From: Felis catus
Taxonomy: Eukaryota
NCBI RefSeq assembly: GCF_018350175.1
Contig: NC_058383.1
Span: 6,760,001 to 6,824,000, forward strand
Direction: 5' to 3'
DNA length: 64,000 nt
The translations under genes and the position numbers were made by a program. The notes beneath the pieces were generated by a model. The model was not told where the DNA came from. It searched no databases and worked only from the letters and a program-made list of their open reading frames with translations. This document shows positions 40,881 through 53,657 of this stretch, one piece after another. The stretch's first letter is position 1. Each line of letters starts with the position of its first letter.

Positions 40881-43423
40881 GGGGGATGATCAGAGGTGGC
40901 AGGGGTGGGGGGATGATCAGATCTGGGTCCATCGTTGTTTCCAGAAAATGTCACTGTGGCTTTGGGGCAAGGGAAGGGCCCAGGAGGCTTTTCAGCAGGA
41001 AGGAACCTCAGAGCAAACCCGGATCAATTTGCTGCCCAAGTTGCCACTAATGACTGGTGGGAAAAGGGAGTGAGGCACCCTGTGACCCTGACAGGTACCC
41101 CCACCATTCCAACCCAGATGTACTTTATGTCACCCACCTCATTCATCCCCTAGCGCAGGTCCCAGCTGACCCTGGGGTTGCACGGCCTGGGGGGGGGAGG
41201 GACAGGGGTGCATTCTGGCTGCTGCAGGGTAGCTCAGGAACTGTCCCAGAGGGAGCCCAGAGTGAGAAGCCTCCACACAAGCCCTGCTTCCCAGATGCCA
41301 GTCCTCCAGGCTCCACGTAGCTAGCAGCTCTTTTACTTTCCAGTGTCACAGATCCTTTTTAAATAATAGTTAAAACACTCTGTGTAATAGTAGCTGACAG
41401 TTGTTTTTGTTTTATTTTGAATGTTTGTGGCAAAATAAAAAGTTGGCAGTTCTACTTCGCCCCCCCCCCCACCCCTTCACTCTCCCTTTCTCACACATGC
41501 AAATGAGCTTACCTAGTAGGAAGAATTCACTGGCCACTAAATTCCAAACTAAACTGCTGGCCTGGTCAGCTGAGGTGGGAGAGGCAGCCATGTGGGATTC
41601 TGGTCCTTGCCCCAGGGCTGACTGACTGTGGGATCCTGGACCAGTGGTGGGTCTTTCTCTCCTGCTCTGTTTCAACACTACAAAAGGATGTACAAATCCC
41701 CTGTCATATTAACAGGTCTATGGTCCTTCGAGTCTGGCCTAGATCAATGCACCCCACAAGTTGTATATCTGTGGGGCGCAGTCATCCAGGCCCAGTGCTA
41801 AGAGCTGTTCCGAAGGTCCTTCTCACTGGTGAGCAGCCGGGCAGGGGGCAAGATAGGACTGGGGTATGCCTGGCCCTGAAGTAAGCCAGGCAGGGGAGAG
41901 GAAAGCATTGCACCTTGTGACATGTTTTTGTGTCTCTCACCCCACAGTTACCAAGAACCTGCGAGTTCCTGTCTGTTTTCATCCCTGAATCACCCCCATT
42001 GGCCTAAGCTGGTCATGGGGCGTCCAGTAAGTGTAGAGGGAATGGATAGTGGCTGGTGGCTGGGAGGGCTGTGTGCAGTGGCCAGGACCAGGCTGAGCTT
42101 CACAGGAGAGTTGGGCTTTGAGGAGGAAAGTGGGGAAGGAGGCTGGAGGAGTTGGGGATGGCTCTGGTATTCCAGGAGTGGAGGGAGACCTGTGGGCATG
42201 GGGCAGGAACAGTGTGGGTGTGGGGACTTTCAGAGAGGAAGCCTGGGAGGACAAGGAAGGTGGATGGGATGGGGACATGGAGAGAGGGAGAGGCCGGCAT
42301 GTGCTCCACACCAGCATGTGGTGATGGAGAATGGCTGAAATGGGAAAAACACGAAGGGCGGTTTTAGACAAATTGAGGTTGCGGGGGGGGGGGGGGGGCG
42401 TAGGCAGGACACAGACCATCGAAAGACAATGTCCAGTGTCCTCCGTCCCACCCAGAGCAGGGGGGTCAAGATGTAGCCATGACTTATACCGGACAGTTTT
42501 AGAGCTAGGACTGCTCTCCAGGCCAACTGACTCCATCATTTGAGAGCAAAGGAGACTGGGGCCCTGAAGTTCAAGTGACCCATCAGTGAGGCCTGGAGGG
42601 TGGAGGGAGTGTCTAAAGGGGAGCTTTGGAGAGAGGGAAGGATGAAGTTGTTCAGGTGGGAACAAGAAAAAGTAGTGATAGGAAGGAGGTGAAAGCACAT
42701 TGGGATGTTTCCAAACCACTCTGCCAGCGCTCGAAGAGCACTCTGTGTACCTGGTTATACACAGCGTGTTTGGGTAGGAGGTGCAGGAGGGCATCTGCAC
42801 TCCACCCTCTGCCATTAGGCTGGTCCTATTTGTGGTGATCAGCAGGTCCCACAGCCTTAGAGACTCTCCTTGCCCCGGCTGCAGTTTGGGTGGTCTGCAT
42901 TGGAGCCTCTCCAGGTGTTGGGCCTGAGCATGGATGTTCACACAGGATGAGGACTGGAGAGAGCAACCCCTCACACTGAGGGCTTTGCACCTCAGACCCC
43001 AGCCTTATTATCTCTCTCATCATCATTCTGAAATCCCCAAAGCTCTTAACTGTTAGCTGCCTGCCAAGCTTAGTGGAGAGGGTCTTTGTAGGTGGGTGGT
43101 AGTTAACAGAACTGAGCAGTGAGAACTTTAGGGTTGGAAGGGTTCGGGGATGGCCCATTCCAACGTCCTCATTTTATTGAGGTGGAAATTAGGGCTCAGA
43201 GAAGGGACCCTGCTTACCCAAGATCACCCAGTGACTTAGCGGCAAAAAAAAATGTTTTATGCATTTTTTTAGGTCTGCTGAAGAAGTCTGTGAGGCTGTA
43301 AAGTTTATCCAGGCAAGGAAATCAGCATTTCCCGAGCCTCACATATGTGCTACCGTTTGTGCAGGCATCATCTCCTTCCCTGTGTTCCACTTGAGAAGCC
43401 TTCACTTTTCCCTTGAACAGGTG

Positions 43424-43631
43424 ATGCTGACTTTGGAGGACAAGGACATGAAGGGGTTCACGTGGGCCATAGCCCCAGCCTTGACCTCCCTGGGCTACCT
43501 GCTTATACTGCTGGTCTCCATCTTTCCCTTCTGGGTGCGGCTTGTAAACGAGGAGTCCCACGAAGTGTTTTTCAGTGGCCTGTTTGAGAACTGTTTCCAT
43601 ATCAAATGCTGGAAGCCTCGACCCTTATCAG
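43424..43631 (+). CDS. TMEM225B: TMEM225B coding exon 1 (MLTLEDKDMKGFTWAIAPALTSLGYLL...SGLFENCFHIKCWKPRPLS)
   Basis: Acceptor AACAG at 43420; ATG at 43424; donor G|GTAAGG; W...GLF..C....C motif of the PMP22/claudin superfamily; protein recognised. Confidence 0.92.
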
Positions 43632-44191
43632 GTAAGGAGGGATGGAGGTGGGGATGGGGCAGAGGGAGATGGGGCCAGTGTGGGCAGTTTGGGTGACAGA
43701 GAGGACAGAATTTAATAAGCCCCTAAGGGCATTTTCTGAGTCTCTACTTTTGGGGTTAGAGGAAAGTAGTGGCCAGGAGAAGGTTGATAATATCAGGTTG
43801 ACCACCAGGGTCAGGAGCAAATGTGTCAGCAACAAAGTTTATTTGAGGGGTAGGGCTGGCTCCATCTAGGATGGAGGGGCGGGGGTCCTGCCCTACTCTG
43901 TGAGGCTGGATTTCAGCCTCACTTCCAAATGCCCGTCCGATTGTGGGTGGCTGCTCTACCGAGAATGTGCTCAGGCCTGAGGACATTTCGAAGGGAATGC
44001 ACAGAAATACGAGCTCAGTGGACTGTGGATGCACTTGAGGCTGTGTTTTTATAAGGGGCTTGAGAGGGTCAGGGGGATGTCTGTCTTGGAAAGGAGGTGA
44101 ACCTGGGGGATATAGGGGTTCTCTCCTGATAACAGAAGAGGAGAAGCCTCTTTGGGGGAAGATGGGCCACACTGTGTGAGCTCCTTGACCT

Positions 44192-44414
44192 GGAGTTGCT
44201 CAGCCTCGGTACTACTGACACTTTGGCTGGAAAATCTTTGTTGCGGGGCTCTCCTGTTGTTTGCAGGACAGTTAGTAGCACCCCTGCCCTCTACGGCCCA
44301 CTTGATGCCAGTAGCACCGCCTACCCTCAGTTGTGACAACCAACTTACCTCTTAGCATTGCCAAATATCCCCGGGGTGAGGAGGTGCAAACCTGCCTCCA
44401 GTTGAAAACCATTG
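44192..44414 (+). mobile_element. MER20-like DNA transposon fossil
   Basis: CCCACTTGATGCCAGTAGCACC...GTTGTGACAACCAA...CATTGCCAAATATCCCC. Confidence 0.7.
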
Positions 44415-44439
44415 GTTTAGCCCAAGAGTAGATTCTAGA

Positions 44440-44630
44440 AGTTTAGCGATACCTTTGTCTTAGGAGTTTAGTGATACGTTTGTCTTTTTGTCCCACCCCC
44501 AGCTGTCCATCTCTGCGTGCTTAGAAGGCTATAAAAACTCATATTAATGGCAGCTCTTTCTGCCCATGGGTCCTGTCCCCGTGCTTTAATAAAATCATCT
44601 TTTTTTGCACCACCACCCCCAAAGAAACCC
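44440..44630 (+). mobile_element. Fragment of a carnivore ERV1-type LTR, sense to TMEM225B
   Basis: 44548-44612 is nearly the reverse complement of 56100-56160; TATAAAAA at 44530-44537; AATAAA at 44588-44593. Confidence 0.7.
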
Positions 44631-45137
44631 TAAAAACCTCATTTTAACATGGGTCTGAATCATGCCAATAATAGGGGAATAAATCACCCTGTCATCAAGT
44701 CCCTTGCTCTGCTATTTTGGATCTATTTCATGACTTGGGTTAACTGGGATGATTAAGCATTCCCCACAGAGTTCAGAACATCTCAACCTCACGGGTTCTG
44801 ATTTTCCACCAGCCACTTATTTCAGTGTGACCAGTATTGATGGAGTTCTTCACATTTCCACATGCAACTTGTATCATTTATGTTGCTTACTAAAATGACT
44901 GTCCATCTCATTTTTTTTCCCCATACACTTCCATGTCACGGGGAACAAAATGTTGGAACCAGAGCATTCATTGTTGGGGGCAAAGTGGAGGGGTCAGAGC
45001 TGGGGTCCCAGGCCATGCTGTGGGACTGAGGGTGGTAAGCTGGTGGGGGGGGGGCTTCTCTTTGCAGGCTCTGCGGGGCTCTGTCCCTTGTCACGGGTCA
45101 GGTGTCCAGCTGCAGCCCAGCCTCCCCTCCCTCACAG

Positions 45138-45284
45138 TGTACATCATTCTCGGCCGCGTTTTCCTGCTGTCCGCGGTTGTCCTGTCTTTCCTCACCACCT
45201 TCATCCTGGTGTCCTTTGCATCTCAGCTGTTTCCGAGGACCCGGAAGCACAATTTGGTGTCAGCCTTCATCAGCTTCCTCACAG
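45138..45284 (+). CDS. TMEM225B: TMEM225B coding exon 2 (VYIILGRVFLLSAVVLSF...VSAFISFLT)
   Basis: CTCACAG acceptor; 147 nt, phase 1-1; CAG|GTGTGG donor; hydrophobic TM segments. Confidence 0.92.
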
Positions 45285-46099
45285 GTGTGGAACAGGCAGG
45301 CAAGCCTTGTTGTCAGGCAGGCCTCAGCCTTGGGAAGGGGCTGGGGAGGGGCCCAAAGGCAGGGAGATGGTTGGTCTCTGTGGTGTCAGGAGAGAGAATT
45401 TTTAGGGACCCTCTCACCTGTGGCCTTCTCTGAGGCAGCCTTCCCCCCCACCCCGGATCACAGTTCCTCTCTCTGAGGCTGCACAGCACCCTGTACTTCC
45501 AGCTAGCTCCACCCTCACTATGTTGGCTTGGGGTCATTTGTCTGGGGTCTTTTTACCATAATCTCTATCCCAGTGACTTTCATAGAATCTGACACAGAAT
45601 GATAATACACAAGTGAAATATGTGAGTGAAATATAAGTGTTTGTTGGATGAATGGATGGAAGACACCATCTCTGCCCTTTGGAACCTTTTGACTTTAAAA
45701 GGCTGGCCAAGGCCCTACCCTGGGAGGCTCCCATCACATGGAGGAGGTGGAACGCTCACAGTGGGAAAATCAGGTTGAATTGCACCCACAGCATCACACC
45801 CAGAGGGCCCCGTCTGGAGTCAGCCAATGGCACAGGCACAGAGGGTACCCGGGAAAGGGATTTCTGGTTATGGGGCCTCTGGGAGGTGAGGCACATGGGC
45901 TTTGAAATGTGTTGGGAAGGAGGGCAAGACAGGCATGTGGGGTAGAGGTTATTGACTCTGAGAGGGCACAGGTGTGGGCTGGAGAAAGGAGCCTCCATGT
46001 AGGAACCATACAGGCTGTAAGCCATGTGACTCTGTCTGATTAAGAGCAAAGGTGGGAACCATGTGAGGAGATCAAGAGTGCTTCCCTATGACCCTGCAG

Positions 46100-46237
46100 G
46101 GGCCAGTGCCTTCCTGGCCTTGTTGCTGCATGCCCTGGAGATCCAGAATCTGAGGATGAAGCCCAGCCCCCCCAAGTTCTCGGTGCAGTGGCCTTACTAC
46201 GTTCTGGGCTTTGCCATCCTTCTGTTCATAGTGGCTG
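46100..46237 (+). CDS. TMEM225B: TMEM225B coding exon 3 (GASAFLALLLHALEI...WPYYVLGFAILLFIVA)
   Basis: CTGCAG acceptor; 138 nt, phase 1-1; CTG|GTGAGT donor. Confidence 0.92.
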
Positions 46238-46304
46238 GTGAGTGTCCTGGGGCTGGTGCCCTTCTCCCTGCCCTCTGTCTGGATTCAGAAGCCATGGACA
46301 CTCT

Positions 46305-46520
46305 AGAGCAACACTGGCCAAAACTGTGGTCACTAGCTACTTGTGGCCATTTCATTACTTAAAATGAAATAAATAGAAATTTAGTTTCTCGGTCATGCTA
46401 GCCACATTTCAGATGTTCAGTAACCACATTATTATGTGTCTAGTGGCTGCCATATTGAATGGTGCAGATGCAGATATTTCCATCGTTGCAGAAAGTTCTA
46501 CTCAACAGCACTGTTCTAGA
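46305..46520. mobile_element. MER3-like DNA transposon fossil
   Basis: Similar to 30619-30818. Confidence 0.65.
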
Positions 46521-46789
46521 GCCTCAGCCCTATAGCCCATCTTCCTCCTCTTTGACTTTGGAACCAGCCTCCAGATCTCATATTCTGTCTTACTCTGTCC
46601 TGGCTCCTAAGGGTTTCTATGCCTATCTCTATCTCTATCTCTGTCTCGGAATCTACAATCTTATTCACCTCAGTCTCGCTTTACTCTCTTAATTTTATAT
46701 ACCATCACCGTCTAAGTCTCAATCCTATTTAATTTTGTCCTTTTTCCTAATCTTCTTCCTACTATATTAATCTGACCCATGACATAATC

Positions 46790-48485
46790 TGTGTTAACTT
46801 GATTTTATTATACACTGAATATATAAAAACATTTATAATATATAAGAGGTAATTAAAAATAAACTGTGCACCCATTTCCACCATATAGTTTAAGAACTAG
46901 CCATATTTTCATGGAATCCATTGTTTGTAAGTTACACCTTTATTTTATTTACCACTGAAAGAGAAAAAAGGATGCTAGGAATAATTCTAAGGTGGTATAA
47001 CTTGTAAGGCACATCCTTATTTCAGAGATGTTAAGTGAAGAAAATTGGCTTGTCTGCATTAATGAAATATGTTAGAATATTAAGAATCTTTGAAGTCCTG
47101 CTCCCTCAACCATGTGGCTCTTCCTGATCTTGTCCTCCTCTCTCCCCTCGGGAACCAATTATTCTGCAATTTATGATAATCATATTACTACACACATATA
47201 TATCCTTAATATATTACTTAGTCTTACATGTTTTAAAACTTCGTATAATGATACTATATTTATTTTTCTGGAACTTGTTATGTTTGATCAACATTGTAAC
47301 CTCCATGGTAATATGAGGAACTCTTAAGGTTCATTCATTTTTACCATCTTAAGTATTTAATTGTATAACTAAGCTTGCCTGTAGAAGGAATATGGTATTT
47401 CTCTGTGGGAGAATTTTAAACTCACGATTCAGTTTCTTAAATGACTATAGGACTATTCAGGTATTTTATTTCCTTTTGAGTTAGTTTCAGTAATTTATAT
47501 ATGTCTATAAGCTTATACATTTTGTTTAACATTTGAAATTTATTGGCATAAGTTTATTCAAAATGTTTTCTTTTTTAACTCTTTATTTTGTGATGCACCT
47601 GTAGTGATGTGCTTCTTTTTTCATACCTAATTTTCTCTTTTTTCATTGCCAATTCTGTCAGAGGTTTACCATATTTTTAGTCTTTTCAAAGAACCGGGTT
47701 TAAGCTTTCTTGAACCTTCATATTTTATGTTGTTTTCTATTGAATTAATTTTTACTTATTTTGAACTTCCTTCCCTACTTCTTTTTTGCATTTATTCTGC
47801 TATTCCGTTTCCAGCTTCTTAAATCACGATCTAAACTCATGGCTTACTTCTTCTTTTCTAAGTAGACAATTAAAGCTCTATTTTCCCTGTAAGAATTGCT
47901 TTATTTGAATCTCCCATTTTCATATGTAATATTTTATGTTATTGTGCTATTTCAAACATTTTCCAGTTCCCCTTATGATACTTTGGATCCATGAAGTATT
48001 TTAAAATATACTTTTAAATTTCTAAGCACATAATTTTTTACTGTATCTTGTGTTAATGATTTTAACTTAATTTCAATTTGATGAGAGATCATGGTCTGTA
48101 TAATCCTAATGTGTTCAGATTTATTGAGACATGTTTTATAGTCTAGTTTGAGGTCCACTTTCATGTTTTATGTTGAATACAACTTTTCATTTATAAACAT
48201 TAGATCAAGCTTGTTTATTGTTCAAATCTTGATTTAGAATTGTTCTGTTTTACTGGTGAATTGAACTTTTATTTAATCATTATGCCATGATCTTTTTTAT
48301 TTCTAGAAATCCCTTTTGTTAAAGTCTGTTTTATCTAATATTACTCTAGCTATTTCTACATTCTTTAGGTTAGTATTTGCCTGTTATATATCTTTTTGAT
48401 CTTTTACTTATATGTAACACATAGCTTATGATTGTATTTTTTCATCTAGTCTTATAATCTTTGTTTTTTTAAATGTTTATTTATT

Positions 48486-48543
<58 letters not shown>

Positions 48544-51440
48544 AATGAGAATACAAGCAGGGGAGGGGCAGAGAGAAGGGGAGACACAGAAGCCGAAGCA
48601 GGCTCCAGGCTCTGAGCTCTCAGTACAGAGCCTGACTCAGGCTCTCAGTCTCAGAGCCTGTGAGATGATGACCTGAGCCAGAGTCGGGCACTTAATCCAC
48701 TGAGCCACCTAGGCTCCCCCTACACTCTTTGTCTTTTAACCGGAGCATTTATTATTGACTGACATTTATTGTGACTACTGATACATTTGATCCTTTTTTT
48801 TTGAAGTTTATTTTATTTATTTTGAGAGAGAGAGAGAGAGTGAGAGTGGGAGAGGGGCAGAGAGAGAGGAAGACAGAGAATCCCAAGCAGGCTCCACACT
48901 GCCAGTGCAGATCCCAACGTGGGGCTCGATCTCAAGAACTGTGAGATTATGACCTCAGCCAATATCAAGAGTTGGACACCTGATTGACTGAGCCACCCAG
49001 GTGCCCCATATTTGTATTTTTTCTACCACCTTACCTCGTGCTTTCAATTTTTTCTGCTCCCCAGTCCCACCTCTCTTGCCTTGCTTCTAATTGATTGACT
49101 TTTATCTATACATTTCTCATTATATCCTCCCCCTCTTTAGTTTGGAAGTTATGGAATCTATTTGTATCATTGTAGTAGTTACTCTTGACATTTTAATACG
49201 TTTACTTAACAAAGTTGGAAGTTCATCAACACATTTATTTTCTTCATAAGTAATACAAGGTACTTCCCTCCTAATTTATATGCTATTTTGCACAATGTTT
49301 TAGTTTCTTCTGTTTTCTTTTTAGTTCTATATATTTGACAGTATTGTTACTTTATGCATTTAATATTTGTTTGTTTAAATTTACCCACATATTTATCAGT
49401 TTAGATGCTCATCAAACCTCAGACCTTCTGTCTAAGGACCCTCTGTCCTTCTGCCTGAAATACATCCTTTATAATGTGTTTTAGTGAGGTTCAGTTAGAG
49501 ATACACTTTCTCTCATATTTTGTTTGTATGAAATTATCTTCCTTTCATTTTTGCTTACTAAAATTAATTTTGCCATACTTACATTTTTTTAGATAGTATT
49601 TTTTTAAGTTTATTTATTTATTTTGAGAGAGAGAGAGAGAGAGAATATCCCACTCTTAAACTCACGAACTGCGAAATCATGACCCGAGCCCAAATCAAGA
49701 TGCTTAACCAACTGAGCCACCCAGGCGGCCTGCTGTACTTACATTTTTAAGTTGACAGTATTCTCACAGCATTCAAGATATTCTGTTATTACTTTACCAC
49801 TTCCATTGTTGTTGTTAAGCTGACTCTGTAAAAATATCATTCTTTTGGGACACTTGGGTGGCTCAGTCGGTTGAGTGTCAGACTTTGGCTCAGGTCATGA
49901 TCTCGAGGTTCGTGAGTTCGAGCCCCGCATCAGGCTGTCTGCTGTCAGTGCAGAGTATGCTCGGATCCTGTGTCTCCCTCTCTCTCTGCCCTTCCCCCAC
50001 TCTCTCGCGTGCTCTCTCTCTCTCTGTCAAAAATAAATAAACATTTAAACAATATATCATTTAAAAAAATTTTTAATGTTTGTTTATTTTTGAGAGAGAG
50101 AGAGACAGACAGAGCACAAGCTGGGGAGGGGCAGAGAGAGAAGAAGACACAGAATTTGAAGCGGGCTCCAGGCCCCACGCCGTTAGCACAGAGCCCAGCG
50201 TGGGGCTCGAACTCATGAACTGTGAGATCGTGACCTGAGCCGAAGTCAGAGGCTCAACTGACTGAGCCACCCAGGCACCCCTATATCATTCCTTTTGAGG
50301 CACTCTTTGTTTTCTGTAAGGCTTTCTTGGGTGTTTTGCAGAGTGTAGATATTTGTGTTATGATTTGTGGTGTGAACTGAGTCTGAGGAGTAATGTCTTT
50401 CAGAATTTCTCAAATATTTTTATCTTCTTTCTATATTCTTTCCCTCTTTTCCAGGAAGACATATGTTAGACTTTGTTACTGTATCCTGCGTGTGTGTCTC
50501 TCTCTCTTGCTTTCCATTTCTTTGCTTCCCCCCCCCCCCCATCTCTTTGTCTTTCTGGGCTGTATTCTGAATAACTTATATAGATGTATCTTCAATTTAA
50601 TCCATTCACTTTTTAGCTGTGTCTGATCTGCTATTTAACTTATCCATTAATTATTTTAGTCAATCTGTTTTTATAACCAGAAGTTATATTTTTCTTTAAT
50701 GCTTGTTATTTTTTATACTCTTTTCTCTACTTATATTTTTAATCTATTCTATAAATATATTTTTATTATACGTGTTAAACATACTTTACATTCTGTGTCT
50801 TATAAGTTTAACAACTGAAATACAAGTCTCTGTTGGCTGCTGTTTTTGCAGGCTTTTGCTTATGGCGTCTTATTTCTTGGTACAGTTGTGATTTTTGACT
50901 GTGAATTATTTTCCTTGAAAAAACAAATTTTTGGGTGGAAATCCTTTGAAGCCTGTATATAAAGTATTTTCTCAAAAAGGGATCTGCATTTGTTTCTGCT
51001 TGGTGCTTATATGCACAACTAGCCTAGAATCACATAGGTATTTGTGTAGTTGCAGATCCATATAACAGCTAGCCTCTGTTTATGAGTTCTTAGTCAATCT
51101 TGGTAACTTCAAAGTTCTAGCTTTGTAGACCCTTGTTAGATTCATCTTGAGTAGGCCCTGGGCTTTTCCTCTCATTTTCTGTGTCCCAAAAGGCCCGCAG
51201 AATGGAAACTCAGGGTCACCGGAGTTGAGTGTATGTCTCCAAGGTGAAGGCTAATTGTGTGCTTCCTTAACTCTCTAGGTTCCTGTTTTCACTAGGGTTT
51301 TGTTTCTAAGAATGCCTTACTCTGATGCCAGTTTGCTGATATATTTACAAATTAGTTTTTGAAGAAAAATCTTATTTAGAATTTTTGTTGTTTTTAGTGG
51401 GAGGGTATGTAGTCTGCTATATTGCTGAAAATAGAAGTTG
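46790..51440 (-). mobile_element. Old antisense L1 remnants interrupted by five Can-SINEs (about 48465-48720 -, 48793-49008 -, 49599-49730 -, 49848-50050 +, 50060-50281 -)
   Basis: Long T-rich tract with L1-like phrases; SINE heads and tails clear; (GA)n at about 48489-48538; L1 limits approximate. Confidence 0.65.
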
Positions 51441-51854
51441 TCCTTTATCTGAGTCTTAACCTTAATACAGCATTTACTGTTCACTCAAGATACCTCTATT
51501 TGTTTTATGACATCAATTCTCTTCTTTCATTTTACTTTACTGAGGGTCTTGAGTTGCATCAAAAAGCCTGGGTTTTATGTCTTAAACCTCTTTTTGCCTA
51601 TTAATAGTTAGACAGTTGCTAAGATGCCTTCCAACACTGGCTGTGGTTCTGTGAGTTTATCCATCTATTTGTATGCCTTGTCTTGTGATGGGTCCTGTTT
51701 TCCCATCTATCTCTGTAATTCTCTACATCGGAGGGGAGAACTAGGGAAGGTGGGTGCAGACCGGAAGGGGTCACACATTAAAGGAGGGAGTGCCTGACCT
51801 CTAGGGCACGGAGAGCTCGACTCAACTCTGACCTGAACTTTCGCTGTCACCCAG

Positions 51855-52027
51855 GTGCCATCTGCCTCTTTCAAGAAGCAGCCTGCCTTTGCTGCCGTTT
51901 TTTGCCCAATTCCCAGAGTATCCAGGAGACCCAAGGGGTCATACACCTGGAGAATATGGAGAGTCTGGGAGGAGACCTGAGCTCAATACAAAAGGAGACA
52001 CTGCTGAAGGAAGAAACAATTATCTAG
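51855..52027 (+). CDS. TMEM225B: TMEM225B last coding exon (GAICLFQEAACLCCRF...QKETLLKEETII*)
   Basis: CCCAG acceptor, phase 1, TAG at 52025-52027; total CDS 208+147+138+173 = 666 nt = 221 aa. Confidence 0.92.
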
Positions 52028-52270
52028 TCCAGGAGAGCGTCCTCCGCCATCGGCAGCTGTGTGAGTGCGTGTGTGGAGGCGTAAGCGGCAGCCAGTTTCT
52101 GCTGCTTTTGGTGAGCTTCCTGAGTGTCAGATCCATGTTCCACTTCCCCACACTCACAGTGATTCTGTCTTGCTTGTATTTGCAATTCGTTAAAAAATTT
52201 TTTTGAATTTTTCTGAGTTTCCTGAGTGGTTTTTTTTTTGGGGGGGGGGGGTGGGGAGGCAAGTGTTTTC

Positions 52271-52276
52271 AATAAA
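52271..52276 (+). terminator. TMEM225B: TMEM225B polyadenylation signal
   Basis: AATAAA about 245 nt after the stop codon. Confidence 0.7.
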
Positions 52277-53129
52277 AGGACTACTGTCTTTTAATCCATA
52301 CCAGCTTAGAGGACAGGAAGGGAGGAAGGAATATTATAAAATGGTCAAGTGAAGTCAGCTTTTGTAAAACAAAAACAAAACAACAAAAGCAAAAACAACA
52401 GAAGGTGTTTGAGTTAGTGACATTAATAAGAAAAAAGTGATGTCCCCAGACAAAGATGGGACTCAGTGTAGGAAACTTCCTAAGTCTGTGTTAGAGGGAA
52501 GGGTTGGGAGTGGTTAAAGGGTGAACGCTTCTCAGGATTGAGCTCCCAGATCTGGAAGTCTGAGCCTAATGGGTCTGTGCTCTGGAGGAAGCACAGGCAA
52601 GTTAGCCAACCAATGTATGGGTGTTGCCTCCTCTCACTAGAGCCGGAGACCTCCTGAGGGCATCTCTAATGTGTCCCCTTCACGGTCCTCCTGGTGCTTA
52701 CAGAATGGGGAGCTCTTAGCTCCCTGGTGTAGCTGGTAAGTACAAATGCCTTAGGACAATGAAGGGGATAGAACAGTGATCCAAGTCCTCTGCTGGCTTC
52801 ATACCCATTTTTCATCTGAACAGTACCAATCAGCAATGCCTTCCCACTTTGCTCTCTAAAGAACACAGATATGGGAAAAGCTCTTGCAACTTAAGCAGTA
52901 CAACTTCAGAAACAAGTATGGGGAGCCGTGTATCTGGAGGGGCATGTGGTGGGCAAGACTAGAGTCAAGTGGGCTTTGCTGTGACTGTTAGCCAGTGGCC
53001 ATTAAAGGTGGACCTTGTGCCATGCACCACAGGGGCTAGTTCCTGTTCTCCAGAGGCTCACACCCTAGCAGAGAAGCCAGGACATACACACCAGACAAAT
53101 AGCCACTTGATGTTTTAGATTGCTTTTAG

Positions 53130-53604
53130 TTTCTTACCACATTTCTCTCCAAAAGGTATCTTGAGAGTTTCTTGCAGGGATATGGTGACAGCCTAGTTCT
53201 AGTCTGCCCACTTTTCCTCCTAGAAAACAACCCAAAAACCCATACAGGAACTATAATTATCAGTGAAACTAGGAACAGAGAAAACTTACAAACTCTAAAA
53301 TATGTAACTGCAGCCCAAAACACTAAGCCAGCAGAACCAGTATGGGAAGCTACAACTGGGAGACCAGCACGGTGAGCAAGGGGGAGTGGGTCAGAGAATA
53401 CACAGAGGCCCTAGTGGTGGCAAGCTAAAAAAGCCACTAGCAAATATGAACCTTCAGATTTCTGAGAAGGACCCACCTTGAGAGGAAATGGCTATGAATA
53501 GGATAGGGAAGCAACAGGGTGGGGCACATGTGGGGGGTGGGCAGAGAAGGCACAGAAAGTGCCTGGGAGTCTATCAAAGGAAATTTTTAAGGAAGCACCA
53601 CTTT

Positions 53605-53657
<53 letters not shown>

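Noticed and set aside
41979..42974. 331-aa minus-strand ORF
   Set aside because: Non-ATG start, low-complexity Pro/Ser/Leu composition, no domain; antisense to the presumed TMEM225B 5' intron.
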